Shown piece after piece: positions 1-9,559 of a DNA stretch of 64,000 bases. Both the position numbers and the translations under genes were made by a program. Source of the DNA: Geosiphon pyriformis uo1 (Eukaryota; Fungi; Glomeromycota); the NCBI GenBank assembly GCA_016748015.1, contig JAAOMT010000198.1, positions 170,797-234,796 on the forward strand. Reading direction: 5' to 3'. The notes beneath the pieces are model-generated. The model was not told the DNA's origin. It ran no database searches and saw nothing but the letters and a program-made list of their open reading frames with translations. Each line of letters starts with the position of its first letter. Positions within the stretch are counted from its first letter, which is position 1.

Positions 1-1046
1 TGAATCTTCCAAGATAGGTCATAACAGTTTCAGATGTTTCTTGCTTGATATTGTGAAAGTGGTTTCTAAGAGTAATAGAAGTGTTGTTGTCAGTAAATTG
101 TTGTAGAAAAGCATCTTTGAATGCTTGCCAGTTTTCAAATGGTTCTTCTAAGTTTTTAAACCATTCTTCTGCAGTTCCTTGGAGAAAGTATGGAATTGTT
201 TTGAGCATTTTTGCTGCATTCCAACCATTTGCATCTCCTGCTTTTTGAACTTTGTCAAGCCATTCTTGAGAGCTAGTATCATTATCTTCACCCGTGAATT
301 CTGGAATCTTTGCAATATAAGCAGTTGCCATTTCTTCTTTGTTTTCTGTGGCTTCTTCTGGTTCTGGTTCAGTTTCTTCACTTTCCAAGCTTTCTGAATG
401 ATTACTTTCGTTTTTCTGTAAGTAATTAATGATATTGGCACTTGTTGATATTGATTCCTGTTGTTAAGTAGGATTTCTAGATGACTAAAAATCTTCTGGT
501 CTGGAAAAATGGTTAAGTAGTGAACTTGGTGTTTGTGATTGAACAAGTAAAATTGAAAATGGTGTAATAGAAAGTGGTAATTTAACACTAGTTCTTTGTT
601 CAGGTGTTTGCAAGTGTTTGGCAGTTGTTTTTGGTAGTATTGGAGTGTTTGGAGTGGTTCTTGAGTATTATTTCACTTTGTTTGTCTTTGTTGCTTGTTT
701 CTGTTTTTAATTCAAAGTTAAAAGAATATTTGGGCTATACTGGATATTTTTCTTCACAGTACTCAATAATATTAAAATTAAGTTTTTGGAAGTAGATAGC
801 AAATGTTTCACTGTTCAGGTCTTCTGTTCTCAATTGTGAATAATGCACTAAATTATTGTAGAGATTGCTTCTAACTTCTGAAATGTTGTAGTTTCCAAAA
901 AGATAATTGTTGATGTGATTTTCAATATATTGGTATACTGATTTCTTGACAACTTCAATTTCGTCTGGGATGTTGAATCTTTGCTTGCAGTGAGTGTAAA
1001 TTGACTGATAATACTCTAGAGTTGTTGTGTCTGGTGTGGTTGCCAC
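1..1046 (-). pseudogene. Ty3/gypsy LTR-retrotransposon gag, degenerate, runs off the window start
   Basis: Fragments (V/M)ATTPDTTTLEYYQSIYTHCKQ... (735-1046), then IPKFTGEDNDTSSQEWLDKVQKAGDANGW...EEWFKNLEEPFENWQAFKDAFLQQF...NIKQETSETVMTYLGRF, a retrotransposon gag domain. Stops/frameshifts and near absence of CpG; lies directly after LTR and PBS. Confidence 0.85.
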
Positions 1047-1077
1047 TTTGAATTTGTTGTTGCTGTGTTATTTCTAT

Positions 1078-1089
1078 GGGAGAGCACCA
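1078..1089 (-). promoter_or_regulatory. Primer-binding-site-like motif
   Basis: Minus strand reads TGGTGCTCTCCC 2 nt after the LTR end; cognate tRNA not identified. Confidence 0.6.
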
Positions 1090-1091
1090 AA

Positions 1092-2099
1092 TGTTACCAG
1101 AGGTTTTTGGTCTCTTTTCTTAAATGTTGTAAATGTCTGTTGGTTGCAAATTCACGTTTTCTAGAAGTAGTTGAACCTCCAGTACTGAATTTATTTTCAA
1201 ATTATTTTCTATAATTTGAACTGCTGGGCTTATAAGTAGAATGGCCAATTCTGTGCCAGTTACTTTGTGTAGTTATGTTGTAGTAAACATCAACTCTTTC
1301 TTAGAAATTGCTTGTCTGGAAGCTCACCAAAATGTGTAGTTACTTTGTTGTGAAAATCAACCCTTCTACAAAAATCTTGTCTGTAGGCTACTCTAATGAT
1401 TATAGTAAGAAAATAAAAGAAAATAAAAGAAATGTAAAAGAAATTGAATTCTGTCAAGGGAAACATTTTCTATTCAGGCCTGGAGTTACTAACAGTTTAC
1501 TGAAATTGGTAGCTAATCAATTTCAAAACATTAGTTGGGTTTTGGAGATTTTCCAAGTGCAATAATTAAAGAATTTGGTTTTTTAAATTATTTGATATTT
1601 ATTTCTTTTTGTGTGTATAGGAATGATTCTAAGTAATAAATCTAAAGTAAGATACATTTTTTTGAAGAGAAAAGCTTTTTTTTTATACAACTTGTTGTAA
1701 TACTAGTCTATGAATTTGCACTTTTTCTTTTTGCTCAAATTTCGGCGAACTAAAGATACATTTTGATGGACTACAAGTTATTTCGCTGAATTATTGATTA
1801 ATTTGAGTAAATTATCCATAATTTTGGCAAATTTCTATAAATTTTGGCAAATTTCTTATAAATTTTGGCGAATTTTTGTAAATTTTGGTGAACTTTTGAA
1901 TGTTACAAAGTTCAGGGTATTGTGTAATTTGATCATCCTACTTTTTGTTATACTAATTAGATTATTTAATTAAATCGTGATATGTAATAATTGATTAAAT
2001 AATAAATGATAATTTGAAATAATATTAATATACTAATTAATTATAAGAATTATAAGAGTAATTTCATGTTAATTAATAGCTAAAATTCTACTGGTAACA
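1092..2099 (-). mobile_element. 5' LTR (~1008 bp) of the gypsy element
   Basis: TG...CA ends with 9-bp terminal inverted repeat TGTTACCAG/CTGGTAACA; colinear with the second copy at 46775-47787. Confidence 0.92.
1820..1897. repeat. ~20-bp tandem repeat inside the LTR (AATTTTGGCRAATTTCTRTA, about 4 copies)
   Basis: Visible directly; equivalent array near 47510-47585 in the solo LTR. Confidence 0.75.
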
Positions 2100-3985
2100 C
2101 CAGCCACCATGCTGAGAAAAAAATTTAACAGAATTGCAATTCCAGAAGGCTACTAAAAACAATTATTAAATCTCTGTTCATTATACAAAGAACTCTACAA
2201 CAAAACTTTCAGATTAACCAAATTTTTAGATACCAATAGCAGAATATCAATCAAGTACCAAGTTACGGATTTGTTATTTGATTTGAGACCCCAAATAATT
2301 ATCTGTAATAGTATACTTGTTAGTATTGGTTTTAACAACTTATACTGAATTTTTTTTTAGCAAGCTTGATTATTTGGTCATAAATTTAAAACTTTTAAAT
2401 TTAATTAAGACTTTTTGCAAAAAACCAATGAACTATATTCTAATAAAAACAATTTTGCCAAATTTAAATAATATTGATTTAATTACTAATTTAAAAAAAT
2501 TTATTAAAATTTTTTTAACTATTATTTTTTAATTTAATCTAATGTTAATTTTTAAATTAGTATTAACCAAAATTTTTTTTTATATCTAGTTGCTTTGTAA
2601 TCTTAAAACTGAATTCAGATATAAATAATACTTTAATAATTCTTTGGAATTTTAAAAGAATTGATGTTCTTTCAAAATTATTGATATTAAAAAAAAATTT
2701 TTAATAAACTTAAATTTTTTATTTAAACACAGCTAAAAAGTTAATGTTTAATACAAATAATTTGGCTAAATTAAAACTTTTTTTTCTTTTTTAAGTATTT
2801 AATTACAAAATAAAACTAATTAACCAAAGTAAAAAAAAGTTTATAACATTATTATTATCATTAAAGCTAAAATTACACAAGCCAAAAAAAAAAATTATCA
2901 CATTTTTAGAATTAAAACACTTAGCTTTTAGGATATTTATGTAAGAATTCAAAGACTTATTATTTTTACTTTTAGTATTATAACCAATATTATATAAAAG
3001 TAACTTAAACTTTAGATTCATTTTATTACTCAAATATTTAACTTTGTTAATTAATATTTTAAGCTTTTGTACCAGATTTTTACTTATTAAACTTAAGGCA
3101 ATATTTTTAACCAATTTTTTTTTAGATATTATATTACTAATAATAGTTATTAAAACAACAACAAAAAAGTTTGTGTTTTAAAAAATAGTAAAAACAAAAT
3201 AGTAAAGAGAAATAAAAACAAAAAACTTTTTTTATCAAATTGGTTCTTTAGAAAATTTTGAACATAAGAAAGAAAAAAAGTTTTTAAAACTTTTTATAAT
3301 ATTTAAATTAATTTTTTATATTAACTTTATTTATTTAGCTTTAAATATAGCTTTATATTATGTTTTTATCTGTTTTTATTGGGTGTTTTTTAATTAATAT
3401 TAGCTTATAATTTAAATCTTTTAAATTTATTATTATTAAAATTGTTTTATAATATATTAAAAACAATTTATAATAATAATAATTTTATTTAAAAAAATAT
3501 AAATAATTATTTTTATTGTATTTTTTAAATTATATTTATTTATTTATTTATTGCTAAATTATCAAATAATATATTATACAATTTTAAATACTTAAGTTTT
3601 ATTAAATTAGCATCTTTTTTAGTTTGTTTTTATTTAAATTATTTTTAATAATTATATAATAATTATTGTTAAGAATTTTTACAATAAAATTATTAGTATA
3701 ATATTTAAACAATTTTTTTTAATACTATTTCTGCATAAATACTTATTATTTGATTTAATTTTTCTTTTAAAAAACAATTAAATACTTAAAATTTTTTTTA
3801 TAATTATATATATATTTTTTATTAATTTATTGTTAATAATAATTATTATTTTTAAATTGGGGCAGACTGCAACAAAACCAGACAACGTGACACAATTTCA
3901 TTTGCTATAACTAGCAGTGCAATTAACGTCAATCTTCCCATATTAATATACTGTATAAAAGCTCCCTCAGTGTTTCGTATTTCCC

Positions 3986-5996
3986 ATGTCTCAACCGGCC
4001 GAGTCAAGACGTTCCGCAAGGATAGCTTGGGAGGTCGCGCCACCACCTATTGAGCAACCCATTTCTCTGTTCTGTCTTGTGCAGGGTGAACCAACGGAGA
4101 AGGCATTTCCGGTTGACGTTGAAAAAAGCAAAACAGTTGGCCACTTGCGAAAACTGATATGTGAGGAGACTCAAGAAACATTCAAGAACTTAGATGCCAA
4201 AGACCTCACTCTCTGGGCTGTGTCTGTACCAATAGAGGATGGAACAGTGCAGGTTGACTTAGCTCAGGTCAACAAGCGCAGGTTACTTCCCAGGTCAAAA
4301 ATAGCTAATATAATTTCAGAAGATGATCTCGCTGATGAAGGCTTTTACATCTTTATAGAACCACCAACAGGTACTTGTTTGATATCATGCCATTATTCTA
4401 TCACTTTTTTGCTAACTTTATCTCAAATCACCATCTATCATTTTGTTTATTCAATCCACTATCAGACGTTCCGAGTATGAATATATACTATATGACTGAG
4501 TTGCCTATCTTGATCTTTTCTGACTCATATTCTTCGAATCTTCGCAAGCTCCTACTATTATTGAACGCCGAAACCTGAATACACGTAAAATTCGAGATGC
4601 GGATCCTCCGTCAAGTGCTTCCCAGCCAAAGAAACTTCGTAAGATACAGGCGGGTGAGCTGCTTCTATGTGCTCGTCCTGCTGATTGTGTGGGCCCCCCA
4701 GTACATATGTACAATGAGGTTTTTTCCAAGTTCTTATTTGACTACAATGACGAGGATCTTAAACCGTTTGCGAGACTCTGTCAATGGACTACAAAATTTA
4801 TCCGTTCCATGACAGACATCTATGGGGATGAAGATGGGAGAGATACTGCTTTTCAGGATTTTATTGGCAAACTTACGAACGAATCACTTACAAAACAGTC
4901 CACAACTGATGGATTTGGTAATGATGGCATGATAGAATGCCGAACGGCAATTGGTGAGGTGCTTATTGTCAACATTGAGATAAAAAATGAAGTGGGTACA
5001 GGAAATTGCGATCCTTACATACAGGGAATTTTTTCATATTCTAAATATTGGGCACATGATAAGGTAACTTTCTATGCAATTGATATTTCTATGGCCCCTA
5101 TAGAGCTATTGTACTGATTATTAATACTAAAATAACTCTAGTACGACAACTTTCGTCGTCGAAGCAACTGCCCATCATTTATCATTGCCATGGCTGGGCC
5201 GTGGATCTGCATTGCAGGTGCCGTATACCTTGAGAAACCTGTAATTGCTCCTCTTACCGATTATATATCTTTAATGGAAACTTACGATACCAATCATAAG
5301 CATCGGATTGCACGACTCTTCCAGGCCTTCAGCAATGGCATTGACAATTTAAAGGCATTTTATCAACAGAATATACCAGCTGCATCAAGTAATCTCGAGT
5401 TTTTGTATCCATTTCCTTGTCAATATGTCGATGGACCATCAACTGTAAGATTTAGCTATATAGAACCTTTAAAAGTAGACAGTGTGAAACACTGGAAGGC
5501 ACGCAATACTGAGGGGAAGGATATTGTCATCAAGTTCACCCAGCGTTATAACGAGGCAGCACATAAGCTATGTGCTACGAAGAATATGGCACCTCAACTG
5601 TTATACATCGGTAAGGAGGTGTATGGATGGTGTATGGTGGTAATGGAGTATGTTGATGGGGTAACGCTTAGTCAAGCAAATCTCACCCGGGATGTTTATC
5701 TGGAAGTCCTTGAAAAAGTCGAAGAAGCCATAAAGATACTTCATGAAAACAACATTGTCTTCGGTGATCTACGCCCTCCAAATATAATGGTTCAGCAAAA
5801 CGGGGGTAACCCTTACGTTAAATTGATAGATTTTGATTGGGCGGGGCGTGATCAGGTAGATTGTTATCCTCCTTTTATGAATCATGTGCACATAAAGTGG
5901 CCCGAAGGAGCCAGTGATGGAAAGATACTGCAGAAGAAGCATGACCTTGTTATGTTGGACTATTTGAAAGATAATGCGGATCAGCTCAACACATAA
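3986..5996 (+). CDS. Crinkler (CRN)-family protein: ubiquitin-like CRN header + PD-(D/E)xK REase-like domain + kinase
   Basis: Header ISLFCLVQGEPTEKAFPVDV..TVGHLRKLI..LTLWAV; GNDG...EIKNEVG...Q nuclease-like motif; kinase IVIKF, FGDLRPPNIM, KLIDFDWAG. Exons ~3986-4370, (4466-4474), 4549-5063, 5143-5996 join in frame via GT-AG introns. Confidence 0.85.
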
Positions 5997-6109
5997 TAGA
6001 GCAGTTGACATGCCCATTTATCTAGTATTAGTACATTGCTTAATTAGTAAAAAGAGAATCTTAGTGTAAAGAACACAATAATAAAAATTATATATAGGAT
6101 TACTCATAT

Positions 6110-7850
6110 ATGCAAGATAGTAAAAATGGTGGTTCCACTGAATATGAAAAAGCAATACGTTTCTTAGAAACAGGTTGCCATTGTGGTTGTTTATCAAAGG
6201 TTCCCAGAGAAAAATTTGCCGAATTACGTGAAGCGTTTCAAGCTCTCTCCAGATCCGAGCAAGATATATTTTTAATGGCCCAACTAAAAGCAATGAATGG
6301 TGGAGAAATAACTGCCAGTCGACGTCTTAAAAAGAAAGCGCGTACTAATAAGAGAACTTTTTATTATTGAGATCGCAATACGCCACTTTGTCAGAAAACG
6401 TATCTCAATATGTTGGGAATTGGTCGCACTCACTTCGAAAACGTTAGAAATCACTTAGCGACAAACGGTATAATACCACGCGTTCATGGTAACATAAAAC
6501 GAATACCGCGATGAAAAACCAAAATAACAATTGATATAACCGTTGCTATCGCTGTGAAGAACTTTCTCGAAAACTATGCTGAAATTCATGGATTACCAAG
6601 TCCTGGTAGAAATGTCAACCGAATTACGCTTGTATTTTTACCAGCAGAAACGAGTTACAAATCGGTCTATCGTGATTTTATTGCAGGCCTCGAAAACGAT
6701 AGCTCGTTGAAGGTGTTAAAATATGATGCATTCCGCAAGTTATGGCACCAATTAACGCCTTATATTCAAATCATGAGTCCAAGAACGGATTTATGTGACA
6801 CATCCCAACATTTTCGGAACGGCTTACAGTATAATGCTCGTAAGGAAGAAGAAGCGAGAGACTTACTAAAAAAATTTAAAGAGCATTTAGTTAAGGCCAA
6901 ATTAGAAAGAAATTATTACAACAAAAATACGAAATTGGCAGAAGAACAAAGAAAATTGGTAGATGATAATTACGCCGTAACAGGAGGTAAAGCTGATTAT
7001 TGTAGCGTTGACGCGACTGCGCATTACAGTTACGATTGAGCGCAAAATGTTCACGTACCCCATTCCGATCAACAAGTAAATAAAATTTACTATCTCAGTC
7101 CGCGTAAAGTACATTTATTTGGCATCCAAGATGAAGCAGTACGCGAACAAATCAATTACGTTCTTGATGAGAATGAAATAATAGGGAAAGGCCCTAATGG
7201 CACCCTGAGCATGGTATTCAATGGAATTAAGAGACTGAATAAAGGCGAAAAAGATTACTTGTGATAATGCGGGTGGTCAGAATAAAAATAATGCCACCAT
7301 TTGATTTTACCTATATTTAGTAATTTGCGGTTATTACGAAAGTATCGAATTAAATTTCATGGTACCTGGACATACCAAATTTAAGTGTGATGGTAGTTTT
7401 GGATTGATTAAAAAGCTTTATCGAAAAACAACAGTAGATTGTGTGGATCACATTGTTGAAGTTGTGAAAAAATCAAGTACAGCGGGATTAAACAAAGTTC
7501 AGTGTTATGAAAACGGCAAAGGCTTTCAATACTTAGATCTTAATTCCGTGTTGGGGATTTTTTTTAAGAAATTGAGTGGTTTACAAAAGTATCAGCATTT
7601 TCTATTTGAAGCAGCTCAACCTGGAGTTGTCAAAGCCCAGCTGGTTGCTAATGGTACTTATACTGAATTTAATTTGTTAAAAACTAGAAAAGCAAGTGTT
7701 TCTGAAATTACCAAAGAAATTAAGTCCTTTTCAATCCTAGTACTAACCCCTCCGCCTTTGGATTACAGAAGGCAAGAATACCTTTATCACAATATTCGTC
7801 CATTTGTCCGGGATGAATTCAAAGATATCACTTGTCCAGTACCAATCTAA
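6110..7850 (+). pseudogene. Sola-like DDD transposase written in genetic code 4 (TGA=Trp), one frameshift near 7250
   Basis: Track ORFs 6110-6370, 6554-7039 and 7359-7850 join when TGA at 6368, 6512, 7037 and 7302 is read as Trp. Motifs HGN, GLPSPGR, PRTDLCD, HYSYD(W)AQNV, GKGPN, TCDNAGGQNKNN, FMVPGHTKFKCDGSFGLIK, IRPFV..DITCP. No introns; no TAA/TAG in the reconstructed reading path. Confidence 0.85.
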
Positions 7851-7900
7851 TCTATACTGCCAATAAATAAACATATTTATATTACCGAAGCTATAGAAAT

Positions 7901-8879
7901 ATGAATAATCAAAACAAAATTGATTCCCTTTACACTTTTATCAAAGAACAAGTCAAACTCAAAGGGAAAAAATTAAAAATCATTGCTGATTGAGATGAAT
8001 GTTTACAATCTAATAAGCCATTTTTATTGTGAGAAGCTGGGAAGAAAAATCTTTCTTTTGGGGATTATTTTAAAAGATTTTGAAGCAAAGCTGAAATTGC
8101 TACTCATAGTCCTAAAGGGCATGGTTCTATGATTAATGCTGATGTAATAAATTCATGATAATGATCTTATATTGATAAAGATGATCCTAATGAGAAGACA
8201 AATATTCAAAGATTAGCTTCGGGAGAATTAAAAAGAATAAGAAATGAAAAGGAAACCCAGCATTGTAGTGAACAACATTCTTTTTATGATCGTTCCCCTT
8301 TTTTGTCTATTGCAAGCTTTAAAAGAAGAACTAATTAGTGAATTAATTATTGTGACAGCCTTTAAAAAAAAAGGACATGCGAAAGGTTATCCAGTGGGGA
8401 AAAAGAAAAAATTTGACAAAACTTGGGGACAATTTCCACAAGCCAAGGTTGATTTTATTGAAACTAAGGTTGTTTTAGAACAAGAATTAGTTCAACCTAC
8501 GAGATGGGATTATATTAAAGAGCATTATCCCAATTTTGATTTATATATTGATGATCATCCCCTTTCAATTGAGAAAACTAGCAAAATTATTCCCAACAGC
8601 TCTTATGTATTACCAAAATTTGCTTGTAACAATTATCTCGAAGCTCCCAATATTTACCATCTTGAGACTAGTGCTACTGATCTCAAAAAAGGAGACTTTG
8701 CCATTGCTGTCTTAGAGATGAAAAATAACCAGTTAAAGAAAAAACTAAAATTTCTGCAAATACAAGAGAGAAACAGTTGAGTTTTTTGGATGATAATTAG
8801 TGGATCACTAATTTTTATCTTAGTTGCTTTAGTAGTTAAAATTACAATAGTGCAGAAAAAACGTTTTAGAAAGAATTAA
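7901..8879 (+). pseudogene. Mollicutes/MRE-like HAD-superfamily protein with C-terminal TM anchor, code 4, pseudogenised
   Basis: MNNQNKIDSLYTFIKEQVKLKGKKLKIIAD(W)DECL (HAD motif I DxD), DLYIDDHP (motif IV), tail (W)VFWMIISGSLIFILVALVVKITIVQKKRFRKN*. TGA at 7991, 8030, 8081, 8156, 8162, 8778; one TAA (8159); one frameshift near 8313. Confidence 0.75.
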
Positions 8880-8882
8880 AAA

Positions 8883-9269
8883 ATTACTGACAAAGCAATG
8901 ACAAAGATCAGATCAAGCCATTATTTTTCGTTCTTGGTAAATTCATAAGTGATTTTTCTTTGTCTAAATATTCCTGAAGAGTTTGGGTATCATTGATTTT
9001 AAAAACGTATGGAGCAATTTTTTCTTCTTGAGCTTTCTTTAAAATACTTCTAATGGTGCTGTAATTCTTGGGTTCCATAGTGGATTTAATAAATAGTTCT
9101 ATTTAGTCCTATTGTTCTTTGGTGATGGTTTTGACAAAAGAAGTGGGTTTTGTTTCTACCTTTTGACCAGTTAAGACCTTAATGGATTGTTTCAGCAAAC
9201 CAGATATGGTTATTAAGTAGGCTATAGATTTTTCTTTTTTAATTACTTATTAATGTAAATTAGTTTCAT
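8883..9269 (-). pseudogene. Degraded K/E-rich ORF, possibly a third endobacterial gene
   Basis: Frame reads ...LKQSIKVLTGQKVETKPTSFVKTITKEQ*D*IELFIKSTMEPKNYSTIRSILKKAQEEKIAPYVFKINDTQTLQEYLDKEK...; convergent and abutting the HAD-like gene; family not recognised. Confidence 0.35.
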
Positions 9270-9559
9270 ATATTTTATTTTTATATAGAGATAATCCTAT
9301 ATTAATCCTGTTATGGTTTATATTTATCATATTTTGGTATGATAAAGTGAGTATTAAAATTAACAAGTTCATAAATTATGAATGAGCACCATTATTACTT
9401 TTCAAAATGTCATTAGTTATACTGGTCAATTTACAGTCACATCATAATCAGTTTCTTATTTATGTTATATAATCAAATGTTTACTTTGTTTGGTTTTGTT
9501 GTAGTCTGTCCCAATTTATATAATTTTTGTTTTTATTTATGTTTATATTTTAAAACTTA

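Noticed and set aside
1820-1897. CRISPR-like array
   Set aside because: Head-to-tail repeats without unique spacers, inside an LTR, no cas genes.
6110-8879. TGA codons as ordinary G>A nonsense mutations, as in the LINEs
   Set aside because: Ten TGA versus one TAA and no TAG over ~2.7 kb with CpGs preserved; hypermutated repeats in this window show mixed TAG/TAA/TGA and CpG loss. Disfavoured, not formally excluded.
6110-8879. Mitochondrial insertion (NUMT), since many fungal mitochondria also use TGA=Trp
   Set aside because: Neither protein resembles mitochondrial, homing-endonuclease or mitochondrial-plasmid genes.
6110-8879. Selenocysteine recoding or introns removing the TGAs
   Set aside because: TGAs fall at aromatic/Trp-like positions within continuous motifs, and no splice signals bracket them.
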